Assembly (NCBI GenBank): GCA_963674945.2
Contig: CAXXWQ010000003.1
Span: 2,528,001-2,592,000, forward strand
Direction of reading: 5' to 3'
Length of the DNA stretch: 64,000 bases
From: an uncultured Desulfosarcina sp.
GTDB taxonomy: Bacteria; Desulfobacterota; Desulfobacteria; Desulfobacterales; Desulfosarcinaceae
Below, piece by piece: positions 51,804-60,988 of this stretch (positions are counted from its first letter, which is position 1; the number at the start of each line of letters is the position of its first letter). Below the pieces are notes generated by a model. That model saw nothing but the letters and a program-made list of their open reading frames with translations. It searched no databases and had not been told where the DNA came from. The translations under genes and the position numbers were made by a program.

Positions 51804-54548
51804 ATGAAGAAAATTTGTATTATTCTGACCTTATTTTTCACCAACCTTGCCCATGCAGAAGTCGTCCTGAACAAAACCGACGGTCGCGTTTTCATAGGGA
51901 ACCAACTGGAATATCATGAAGATACAGACAACTTGAGTTTTGAGGAGATTGCAAGTCTGAAATCAGGCTGGCAAACCAGCGCTTACAAAAGCATCGGCCT
52001 GGGATTTACAAAATCAGTCTGCTGGATACGCTTCGACCTTACAAATAAAACAGATCGGGAACTGTTTTTGACGTTCAATGCAATCAACACGGATTCGATC
52101 AACCTCTATATATTGAATAATGATGGAAGTTATACTGAAAAAACAGGCGGCAGCATCTATCCATTTCAACATAGGGAGGTCTACGATAAAGATATTTTTT
52201 TTGTGATTCCCGAACACTCCGGGCACAGGACGCTATATGCCAGGATCATGTCGAATTATATACTTGAAATAACACCGGAAATTGTGCCAAGCAACAAAAT
52301 GCCGGAAAGGGCTGTGAAAACATACCTGCCCATTGCCCTGTATCATGGAATATTACTGGCGTTGATTGTCTACCATCTTTTTATCTTTTTTTCGTCGAAA
52401 GAGAAAACTTATTTTGTTCTTGTCCTTCTCATAACAGGCTTCTGTCTTTATGATCTTGCACACGATGGCCTGGGGTTCATGTTTTTGTGGCCGAAATCAA
52501 TTTATTTCGAAAGTATTGTCATCCCCCTTTCAGTGACTATCGTTCAGATAACAAGCGGAATTTATATTCAATTGTCCGTCGGACGCATGCGAGCGTTCAG
52601 GACTGTCTACCGGTTAATCAATTCATATGTGATTGCGGGTTTCGTTCAACTTCTACTGCTATTTTTTGCAGCAAAGTACATTAATACGGCAATCACAATC
52701 GTATTCTCCCTATATGCAACCCTGGTAAGTTTATCGTGCCTGTTTTATATGGGAGTTGTCAAAAGAAACCGAACCGCTTTCTTTCTTTTCCTTGGTTTCT
52801 TTCTATTTGAAATAGGCAGTATTATTGCAATTGCGACAACGAATTCCACATTAATCCGATTCATTCCCTTCTTAGCGAATTATCTGCTTGTTTTGCTCAT
52901 TATGAAATTTACAAAAATTTGGTTTGTTTTAATATTCTCATTCACTCTGGCCGACAAGATAAATATAATGAGAAGAAATCTCGAGATAAGCGAGGAAACG
53001 TACAAATCAATATTTAACGGGACAAACGAAGCGTTTGCAATTCTGGACAATGAATCATATGCGCTTGTGGACTGCAACGAACGTTTGCTCAACATGCTTA
53101 CTATAGAACGTTCCGATATTATAAACAAATCACTTGATGCAACCGGGGCGGTCGAAGACAGTTATACAAAAGAAAAAGCGATAGGAATCATCGGCAAGAT
53201 GAAAGGCAAGGATTCGGTCCTGTTTGACTGGCGATTCAAAAAACCGAATGGTGACAAGCTATGGGCGGAAGTGGCACTCAGCAATGTTATACTAGGTGGA
53301 AAGAAAAGAATACTGGGTGTCATCCGCGATATCAGCGACCGTAAAAAAAATGAGGATGAACGCAAACAATTGATGGAGCAGCTTGCACAGTCCCAGAAAA
53401 TGGAAGCAGTTGGTTCACTTGCAGGCGGTCTTGCACATGACTTTAACAATATTCTGACAGGAATAATGGGTAGCAGCAGCATGCTTGAATTGGAGATAAA
53501 GGAAAAGGAAATCAATATATCCAAGATTGAAAAATACATTGCCATTATTCTCGAGTCATCGCAAAAAGCAGCAGCAATTGTAAGGCGTTTGCTTACGATG
53601 ACAAAAAAGTCGGAATTGATCTTCAATCCCGTTGACCTCAACCGGTCTCTGACGAATGTGATCGAAATATGTTTGAACAGTTTTCCCAAATCGGTAATGA
53701 TACAGACAAAATATTACGACAAACCCGCCATCATCAAAGCCGATACAACCGGACTCGAGCAGGCATTGCTGAACATACTTGTCAATGCATCCCATGCGCT
53801 CACCATCATGCGCCGGCATTCCAAATCCCAGGGAGGTATAATTGCAGTCAAGATCGACAAGCAACTGGCAGACGAAACATTCTGCAAGACGAACCTGGAT
53901 GCGAAAGAGAATACGACTTACTTTTCAGTCTCAGTAAAGGATAATGGCTGCGGCATTGATAAAAATACAATCGATAAAATTTTCGATCCTTTTTTTACCA
54001 CAAAAAGCGAGCAGAATGGCAGCGGCCTTGGATTATCAATGGTTTTCAACATTGTCAAACTGCACAACGGTTTTATCAACGTACATTCGGAAAAAAATGC
54101 GGGAACGACTTTCATTGTTTATCTTCCTGAAGACAATACCGGCAAACTTCCGGAACAGACAGACAGCGATACCGTTGTTCAATGGCATGGCCGGATTCTT
54201 GTCATCGATGATGAGATGTTTATCAGAACAATCGCGACGGACATGCTGTCAGACTGCGGATATGAAGTTCTTACGGCGTCCGACGGCAATGAGGGCATCG
54301 AAATATTCAAAAAAGACACCGGCGGTGTTGATGCAATATTGCTTGACACGTCAATGCCTGGGCTCTCAGGACTTGAAACATTCAAAAAATTAAGAAAGAT
54401 CGATCCTTCCATAAAAATTATCATGTCTTCCGGATTCAGCATGGATAAGAGGGTGCAAAAAGCGCTTGACCTTGGCGCTGATTCGTTTATTCAAAAACCC
54501 TACACCAACATTCAGCTTTCAAGGGTGGTTTACGATGTGATTTCGTAA
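51804..54548 (+). CDS. 7TM-DISM hybrid sensor histidine kinase (extracellular domain-7TM-PAS-HisKA-HATPase-REC)
   Basis: Signal peptide, GLGFTKSVCWIRF, seven hydrophobic helices, AHDFNN, GSGLGL and a receiver domain. Confidence 0.88.
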   Translation: MKKICIILTLFFTNLAHAEVVLNKTDGRVFIGNQLEYHEDTDNLSFEEIASLKSGWQTSAYKSIGLGFTKSVCWIRFDLTNKTDRELFLTFNAINTDSINLYILNNDGSYTEKTGGSIYPFQHREVYDKDIFFVIPEHSGHRTLYARIMSNYILEITPEIVPSNKMPERAVKTYLPIALYHGILLALIVYHLFIFFSSKEKTYFVLVLLITGFCLYDLAHDGLGFMFLWPKSIYFESIVIPLSVTIVQITSGIYIQLSVGRMRAFRTVYRLINSYVIAGFVQLLLLFFAAKYINTAITIVFSLYATLVSLSCLFYMGVVKRNRTAFFLFLGFFLFEIGSIIAIATTNSTLIRFIPFLANYLLVLLIMKFTKIWFVLIFSFTLADKINIMRRNLEISEETYKSIFNGTNEAFAILDNESYALVDCNERLLNMLTIERSDIINKSLDATGAVEDSYTKEKAIGIIGKMKGKDSVLFDWRFKKPNGDKLWAEVALSNVILGGKKRILGVIRDISDRKKNEDERKQLMEQLAQSQKMEAVGSLAGGLAHDFNNILTGIMGSSSMLELEIKEKEINISKIEKYIAIILESSQKAAAIVRRLLTMTKKSELIFNPVDLNRSLTNVIEICLNSFPKSVMIQTKYYDKPAIIKADTTGLEQALLNILVNASHALTIMRRHSKSQGGIIAVKIDKQLADETFCKTNLDAKENTTYFSVSVKDNGCGIDKNTIDKIFDPFFTTKSEQNGSGLGLSMVFNIVKLHNGFINVHSEKNAGTTFIVYLPEDNTGKLPEQTDSDTVVQWHGRILVIDDEMFIRTIATDMLSDCGYEVLTASDGNEGIEIFKKDTGGVDAILLDTSMPGLSGLETFKKLRKIDPSIKIIMSSGFSMDKRVQKALDLGADSFIQKPYTNIQLSRVVYDVIS

Positions 54549-54747
54549 AAATGATCTTTGCGTTTTCCCTATGAACCGAAAACATGTCGTCTTCTGTTGC
54601 AGTAGAGCCCAACAGACTGCAGTCTGAGAGATACTGTGGAACCGAAAAGCAAAATGATATCGCTCAGGAGCACGACCGGGTGGTTGCCTGCCGCAATTCA
54701 GGATCACTTTTCGTTAGCAATCACTCATTTGTCATCATCGTGGGGTT

Positions 54748-56139
54748 TCAGACCTCTTTAATGATCTCCTCCTCCCACGCCTCCTGCCGCCCCAATTCGG
54801 CAATGAGGTCCAGAATCGTATAGCGACTGCGGATCCAGCGGCCGAAGCGGTAACCAAACGCCACTTCTTTTTCCGATATCCCCAGATCCGCGGCCCGGAC
54901 AATGGCGCCGGCTTCGGTAAGATACGATCGGGATGCGGCGGCGGAGATGACGACATCCGCCACGGCTTTGCGTATGGCCGGCCAACGGGCCTGGATGAGA
55001 CGTCGCCGCTTTTGCAAGGACGGGAGATCGAGGTATTTTTGAAGGGCAAAGGGCATCACTGCCGGGGCGATATCACCAAACGCAGCATTGATTCTCTCTT
55101 CGAACCGTTCCTTTCCCTCAACGCTGGCGTCGGCCCGGCAAAGGTGTTCGATGGCGGTATCGTCCAGAGCCAGCAGCTTTTCATAGAGTTTCAGGCTGAT
55201 CAGGGTGGTAACGCCGGTCTGCTGGCCGTGCAGCGCCGGGGTTCGGTCTACCCAGTGGGCGGTCATGTCCCACAGGTGGCTGATCAGATGCTCGCCTCCC
55301 GAGGCCGGACTGCTGGAACCGGCAAGCACCATGGAGATGCCCGATCGAACCAGGGCTTCTGCCAGTACTGCCATCCCGTCGGGCGCGTTTTTCCGGATTT
55401 CTTCAGCCGCGGCGATGCATCGTTTTACCGCGTCATCGGCGACGGCGGCGGCAAAGCCGCAGTAGTATTCGTCAAACAGATGGTGGCCCAACAGCCAATC
55501 GGCGGTGGAGGCGTTTTTGGAGAGCAGGTCGCCGAACCCGGCTGCAGTCATGGCAGCCGGGGCCGTGGCCAGGATGTGCGGGTCGGCGATGATGGCCACC
55601 GGTGGCCGGCATGGTTCCGTAACTTTCACACCGTTGACGGTCAAGGCCGCAATGGCCGAAGGGTAACCGTTCATGCTGGCAGCGGTCGCCACGGTGATCT
55701 GCGGGCATCCCGACGCCGTGGCCGCGCTCTTTGCGATATCGTTGATGGTGCCGGATCCCACGGCCAAAAGGCCGGTGGCCTTGCTGCCGTGAATTGCTTC
55801 GGCAAGGGCTTGTACCGCGTGGCCGTCTGCGTGTACGATCGGAGAAGATGAATCGACCATGTACAGCGCCACCTTCCGACCGGCATCTTGCAGCAAGGCC
55901 ACGGCGGTTTCCCCCCCGATGGTCCATGTATTGGCATCCGCCACGCAGAGAATCGTGCCTGCGGGCAAACGGCGTTCAACCAGTGTCGGCAGCTGGTGCA
56001 GTGCACCTGGATGCAACAGTACCTCCCGGATTGGAATGTGGTGTTCCTTGCCGCAGACACAGCCGCTGCGCCGCGTCGCGAGCAATTCGTCCAGCGGCGC
56101 GTTGGCCCGCTCAAAGAAGACCGTTTCGCCAGCGCTCAT
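54748..56139 (-). CDS. sn-glycerol-1-phosphate dehydrogenase family protein (EgsA/AraM-like)
   Basis: CVCGKEH, VGSGTINDIAK, TAASMNGY, GFGDLLSK, SSPASGGEHLISH and LHGQQ. Confidence 0.82.
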   Translation of the reverse strand: MSAGETVFFERANAPLDELLATRRSGCVCGKEHHIPIREVLLHPGALHQLPTLVERRLPAGTILCVADANTWTIGGETAVALLQDAGRKVALYMVDSSSPIVHADGHAVQALAEAIHGSKATGLLAVGSGTINDIAKSAATASGCPQITVATAASMNGYPSAIAALTVNGVKVTEPCRPPVAIIADPHILATAPAAMTAAGFGDLLSKNASTADWLLGHHLFDEYYCGFAAAVADDAVKRCIAAAEEIRKNAPDGMAVLAEALVRSGISMVLAGSSSPASGGEHLISHLWDMTAHWVDRTPALHGQQTGVTTLISLKLYEKLLALDDTAIEHLCRADASVEGKERFEERINAAFGDIAPAVMPFALQKYLDLPSLQKRRRLIQARWPAIRKAVADVVISAAASRSYLTEAGAIVRAADLGISEKEVAFGYRFGRWIRSRYTILDLIAELGRQEAWEEEIIKEV

Positions 56140-56158
56140 GGTATATCTCCCGATTTGA

Positions 56159-57238
56159 TTAAAGCAGTATTTTGCATTTTTGCGGATTCAAATGAAGATA
56201 GAGTTCCTGTCCCTCTTCCCGGGACAGATGATGGGGCACCTGCACGCGGATCGTTTCGTCATTGACGTTAACGAAGAAGTAGAGAAAATTCCCCAGGTAG
56301 GCCCGATGATGGATGATCCCCTTGAAGACGTTTACGTTGTCTGCCGGAGCATCGGTAAACACCGCCACGTCCTCGGGACGGATGGAGGCGAAGACCTTGG
56401 CGCCCACATCGATGTGCTGCATGGGCGGATGGCATAGAAGATGTTCGGAAAACGCGGTACGTACGCTGGTCGTATTGGTTGACGAATCCGTTGGCCCCAT
56501 GGTCGCGGGGATAAAATTCATGGTGCCGATGAAGTCGGCCACGAAGGAATCGGCCGGTTCGGCGTATATCTGCTGCGGTGTGTCGATTTGAACGATGTTC
56601 CCGGACTTCATTACGGCAATGCGGTCGGAAATGACCATGGCCTCGGCCTGATCATGGGTGACATACACCGATGTGATGCCCATCCGCCGTGTGAGGCTTT
56701 TGATCTCAAAACGCATTTTTTCCCTGAGCTTGGCATCCAGGTTACTTAACGGTTCGTCCAGCAGCAGAACTTTGGGATTGCCGATCAGGGCCCGCGCCAG
56801 GGCCACCCGTTGCTGCTGGCCGCCGCTCAATTGGCCCGGATATCGCTCTTCCATGCCCCCCAGTCCCACCATTTCCAATACTTCCATGGTCTTGGTGCGG
56901 ATCTCGGACTTTGGTCTCTTTCTGAGCTTCAGGCCATAGGCCACGTTGCTGAACACCTTCATGTGGGGCCAGACCGCATAGTTTTGGAATACCATGCCGA
57001 TACCGCGTTTGGACGGCGGCACGAAGCCTTTTTCGATCATGGGCTGACCGTCGATGACGATCTCTCCCCCCTGGGGCGTTTCCAATCCGGCGATGCAGCG
57101 CAAGGTGGTGGTCTTGCCGCATCCGCTGGGTCCCAGGAGGGTGAGCATTTCGCCTTTTTCGACAAGAAGATCGATGCGGTTGACGGCGATGGTCTTGCGG
57201 TAGGTTTTAAGGAGCTGCTGAATTTCGATAAATGCCAT
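56159..57238 (-). CDS. ABC transporter ATPase (FbpC/PotA family)
   Basis: GPSGCGKT, LSGGQQQR, DEPLSNLD and a TOBE tail. Confidence 0.92.
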   Translation of the reverse strand: MAFIEIQQLLKTYRKTIAVNRIDLLVEKGEMLTLLGPSGCGKTTTLRCIAGLETPQGGEIVIDGQPMIEKGFVPPSKRGIGMVFQNYAVWPHMKVFSNVAYGLKLRKRPKSEIRTKTMEVLEMVGLGGMEERYPGQLSGGQQQRVALARALIGNPKVLLLDEPLSNLDAKLREKMRFEIKSLTRRMGITSVYVTHDQAEAMVISDRIAVMKSGNIVQIDTPQQIYAEPADSFVADFIGTMNFIPATMGPTDSSTNTTSVRTAFSEHLLCHPPMQHIDVGAKVFASIRPEDVAVFTDAPADNVNVFKGIIHHRAYLGNFLYFFVNVNDETIRVQVPHHLSREEGQELYLHLNPQKCKILL

Positions 57239-57326
57239 GTACCGGACTCCTTTGCATGCAACTGTGCTAAAAAAAATGCTGTTACGCTTTCCTCTCCCCC
57301 CCCCCCCACTGTACCCCGATTTTAGT

Positions 57327-57496
57327 TAGTGTCTATCCAGAAATAGGAAAATTTGGTCGAGATCAAGGCGCACGAAAAATTTTACCGCAGGTTGCCGAAG
57401 GAAATACCCTTGGGGTGCATATGGTTGATATTTCGAGGATAAAATTTTTCGCGCAACGCCGATATCGGGCAAATTGGTCATTTTCTGGATGGTCTA
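57327..57496 (+). repeat. Structured MITE/REP-like element with terminal inverted repeats
   Basis: TAGTGTCTATCCAGAAA...TTTTCTGGATGGTCTA; internal TCAAGGCG / CCGCAGG / GAGGAT / CAACGC. Confidence 0.75.
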
Positions 57497-59173
57497 GTTA
57501 CCTTCTCCCGGTCCCCATGCAGCCTTGAGGATATTGCCGCCGATCCTGGAGATGATCAGCAAAAGGACAAAGGTGATGACGATCATCAAAAAGGCCATGG
57601 CAGCGGCGATGCCGAACTCCATGCCGCGGTGCCAGTTCAGGTAGATACCGATGGGCAAGGTCTCCCATCCGCCCCGGTAGAGGAAAATGGCGGTGGATAT
57701 CTCCTGGAAGGCCATGATGAAAAACATGATCACGCCCACCAGCACGCCCTTTAACAGAAGCGGCAGGGAAATGTAGACGAATGTCCTGAATTTGCCCGCG
57801 CCCGACACTTCCGAGGCCTCTTCCAGGCTGCTGTCCAGTTGCAGGTAGGATGAGTGGGCCATGCGCAAAAAGTAGGGCAACCGGCGGGCAAACAGGGCAA
57901 GGGGCATGATGATCCAATGGGTCGCCAGGGGGATCCCCTTCCAGAAGGCCAGCAGATAGCTCACCCCCACGGCCATGCCCGGAAAGGCCAGCATGAGGGT
58001 GATGACAAAGTCGAGGGCATCTTTGCCCGGCGCGCGTGTTCGCACCACCAGGTAGGCCGTGGGCAGGCCGAAGGCGATTCCGAAGAGAAGGGCCAGTCCG
58101 CTGAAGAGAAAGGAATTTTTAATCAGCAGGGGCGTTTCCAGTATGATGGCCCTGAAGTTGTCCAGGGTCCAATAAGTGGGAAATGGTTCAAACACCCACC
58201 TTCTGGAAAAGGCCGCAAGGCCGAGCACTACGGGAATCAGCAGCACGAGGATGGCGATGAAGATCATATATCCGTAGGCACTGGTTTTTAGCAGCGGCCC
58301 CGGCTCCAAAACCCGACCTTCGGAGGTCGTCCCCTTGGACAACCCGGTGTACTTTCGTTTTTCCACGGCCCAGCGGGCGAGCAGAAAGAGGCTGATGCAA
58401 ACCAGTGACGACACTACCACCGCCACGATGCCCATGTACTTTCGGTGCATATCCGTGAAGTGATAGGCGATGTTGATATAGGCCACGGACGGCAGAAAGT
58501 CCACCTGGCCCAGAATCAGCGGCGTCAACCAATCCGTAAAGGGCCATAGAAAGACGATGACGGCGCCGGCCAGGTAATTGGGGGTGCAAAGTGGCAGGCT
58601 GATGGTCATAAACCGCCTGAAATTGCTGGCGCCCTCCACCTCCGCGGCTTCTTCGAAAGAGGGATCGATGTTGGTGAACCCGGCGGTCAGGCTCAGAACG
58701 ATAAAGGGTAGCATGTGCAGCGCCTGGACGAACACCACCCCGTGCAGGCCGTAAATGAAATTGATGGGCTGTTGGATCAGCCCGAAATCCATCAGCAGCA
58801 GATTGAGGGTACCGTATTTTCCGAAGAAGATGATGAAGGCAAATACGCCCGCATAGGCCGGCAGCACGATGGGAAGCAGAATCAGGGCCGTAAAGACGGT
58901 CTTTCCATACTGGCGGTAACGCGCAAGAATGTAGGCCAAGGGAATGCCGAACACCGTGGTCGTGATCAGCACCAGCAAACTCAAGAGAAGGGTATTGCCG
59001 AAGGTTTTCAGGTAGTAGCCGTCTTTGAAGAATCCCAGATAGTTGGATATGCCCCAGCCGCCGGTTTCGGCGATCTTGAAGCTCTCGAGCACCAGAAAGG
59101 AGAGCGGATAGATCACGAGAAAGGCCACCACCGACCAGAGGATGAGCGAAAGGGTAAAGTTGTTTCTGGGCAT
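57494..59173 (-). CDS. ABC transporter permease (FbpB/AfuB type, two fused domains)
   Basis: Two EAA motifs (FEEAAEVEGA, LEEASEVSGA); about 12 TM helices. Confidence 0.9.
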   Translation of the reverse strand: MPRNNFTLSLILWSVVAFLVIYPLSFLVLESFKIAETGGWGISNYLGFFKDGYYLKTFGNTLLLSLLVLITTTVFGIPLAYILARYRQYGKTVFTALILLPIVLPAYAGVFAFIIFFGKYGTLNLLLMDFGLIQQPINFIYGLHGVVFVQALHMLPFIVLSLTAGFTNIDPSFEEAAEVEGASNFRRFMTISLPLCTPNYLAGAVIVFLWPFTDWLTPLILGQVDFLPSVAYINIAYHFTDMHRKYMGIVAVVVSSLVCISLFLLARWAVEKRKYTGLSKGTTSEGRVLEPGPLLKTSAYGYMIFIAILVLLIPVVLGLAAFSRRWVFEPFPTYWTLDNFRAIILETPLLIKNSFLFSGLALLFGIAFGLPTAYLVVRTRAPGKDALDFVITLMLAFPGMAVGVSYLLAFWKGIPLATHWIIMPLALFARRLPYFLRMAHSSYLQLDSSLEEASEVSGAGKFRTFVYISLPLLLKGVLVGVIMFFIMAFQEISTAIFLYRGGWETLPIGIYLNWHRGMEFGIAAAMAFLMIVITFVLLLIISRIGGNILKAAWGPGEGN

Positions 59174-59189
59174 CACGAATCCTTCGACC

Positions 59190-59312
59190 GTGTTCAAAGT
59201 CAAGGCGGGGCGAGATGGCCAACCGCAGGAATACTACTGGTATTTTGAGGATTGGCCTGCTCGCCCCAACGCTGGATTTGGGCGCGAGGGGAGGTTTTTG
59301 AAACGACTTCTA
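59190..59312 (+). repeat. Structured repeat, same family as 57327-57496
   Basis: TCAAGGCG-stem-CCGCAGG-loop-GAGGAT-stem-CAACGC. Confidence 0.75.
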
Positions 59313-60611
59313 TGGTTTGGCCAGCAAGTTGCGGGCCTGCGTGGCCGTCAGACGGGCAGCCGCATAGTTTCCGTCCACTTCGAAAAGCTTGCGTGCCTCA
59401 TTGATCTTGGCCTCTGCCTTGCCCGCCTTCATCTTCATGGCCTTGGCCGCATCGACTTCGCCCTCTACTTCTTCGATAAGGCGCAGGCTGTTCTTGAGTT
59501 CGTTCCACTTGCGGTAGATTTCGTATTCAAAGGTGCGGTTGACATCGTCCCAGCGTTTTGTGGCCAGATCCAGATCGTATTCGATGAATCCGACATCCAG
59601 ATCCCAGAAGGAGTCGACGCCCAGGGCGCCTTTGGCATGTTTGGCCATGCCTACACCCTCTTTTTCCCATTGGGAAAACTTGATGTCCGTACGGGCGGCA
59701 AAGTATCCGCCTTCCAGGACGTACTTCTGGCCTTCCATGCTGAAGAGCCAGTCCAGAAAAATCTTTCCGATTTTGGCATTGGGAGCGTTTTTCAACAGCG
59801 CCACCGCCTCGGGTACCAGGATGGTCTTGTCCGGCAGCAGGTCGCTGACCGGATAACCGTCCCGGCGCGCAACCATTGCGTTCATCTGCGGCTGTGCCAG
59901 TCCGATGGGCGATTCCCCACGGTTGACGATCTGGGTGGTGTCGGTACTACCGGTTGAAAATCGGTCCAACTGGGCTGCCAACAAACGGAGATATGCCCAT
60001 CCCTCCTTCTCTCCCATGCTCTGCAGGATGATTTCCACGGTTTCGTGCATGGTACCCGAGGCATAGGGCAGGGTCGTGACGATGTTGCCCCGATAGATGG
60101 GGTTGAGCAACTCCTTCCAGGTTTTGGGCGGAGGCAGCTTCAGGGCTTTGAGGACCTTCTGGTTGTAGAGGTTGGTAACAATCCAGGGGGCAAAGCATGT
60201 CCAGTAATCATCCTTGTCCTTCACCTTCATGCCGTGCCAGTCCAGCGGAACCTTGTCCCAGTCCTTGGGCCGGTAAGGCACAATGAGTCCTTCCTGCTTA
60301 AGGACTTCATGGGCCGGCGCGCCGGCTCCGAGGAAGATATCCGCATCCGGCTTGTCCCCCCATGTTCGTACCTTATCCAGACAGACCGGCCAGCCGCCGG
60401 GCCGCACGAAGGTGATTTCTACTTCTTTTCCGTACGTCTCTTTGTAATATGCACTGAATCCCCGGGTGAGACTGTCGGAGAGTTCTTTATACACAGGTCC
60501 CACCCATCCGATCTTGTCAGCTGCCATGGTTTGCGTTGAAAATGACGGCACGATCAACAGCGCCGCCAGAACCCCTGTCAAAAAAGCAGAGACCACAAGT
60601 CGCCTTTTCAT
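59310..60611 (-). CDS. ABC substrate-binding protein (AfuA/FbpA type) with a C-terminal helical extension
   Basis: Signal peptide ending TMA-A, PPKTWKELLNP and FLDWLFSMEGQK. Confidence 0.88.
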   Translation of the reverse strand: MKRRLVVSAFLTGVLAALLIVPSFSTQTMAADKIGWVGPVYKELSDSLTRGFSAYYKETYGKEVEITFVRPGGWPVCLDKVRTWGDKPDADIFLGAGAPAHEVLKQEGLIVPYRPKDWDKVPLDWHGMKVKDKDDYWTCFAPWIVTNLYNQKVLKALKLPPPKTWKELLNPIYRGNIVTTLPYASGTMHETVEIILQSMGEKEGWAYLRLLAAQLDRFSTGSTDTTQIVNRGESPIGLAQPQMNAMVARRDGYPVSDLLPDKTILVPEAVALLKNAPNAKIGKIFLDWLFSMEGQKYVLEGGYFAARTDIKFSQWEKEGVGMAKHAKGALGVDSFWDLDVGFIEYDLDLATKRWDDVNRTFEYEIYRKWNELKNSLRLIEEVEGEVDAAKAMKMKAGKAEAKINEARKLFEVDGNYAAARLTATQARNLLAKP

Positions 60612-60791
60612 CTTGCCCCCTTTGTTGTGTGTGTTTCTATAGGGTGGAGAATTTTCGGAAAGCGGGGCAGAAAAGCCCCTTTTACAGTCGGATGCAACAA
60701 GTATGTCAGTAGTGCCGACTCGTGTCAATATTGAAGGTATGCTGCCGCAGGCGAACCGAATCTGGATCGATTTTATAATTTCTTAATCTTC

Positions 60792-60845
60792 TTGACAATA
60801 TTTAGTTTATTGAATAAACTTTTTGGTATATTCAGTAAACTAAAT
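60792..60845 (+). promoter_or_regulatory. Sigma70 promoter overlapped by palindromic operators
   Basis: TTGACA-N17-TAAACT; perfect palindrome AGTTTATT-G-AATAAACT; a 17-bp inverted repeat with 1 mismatch. Confidence 0.65.
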
Positions 60846-60988
60846 TATTGATGTAACCGTTATTTTTCGCAGCCAAAATCTGCTCGATGCTATTCTGATT
60901 TATAACTTTTCACATTGTCAGACTTTTTACGGTTACTGCCGGATACCGTTTCATTTGATCGCAAGTACGTAATTGGAGGGTACCGAAG

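Noticed and set aside
33741..54600. Prophage or integrative element
   Set aside because: No integrase, tRNA target, att repeats, phage genes or conjugation genes were seen.
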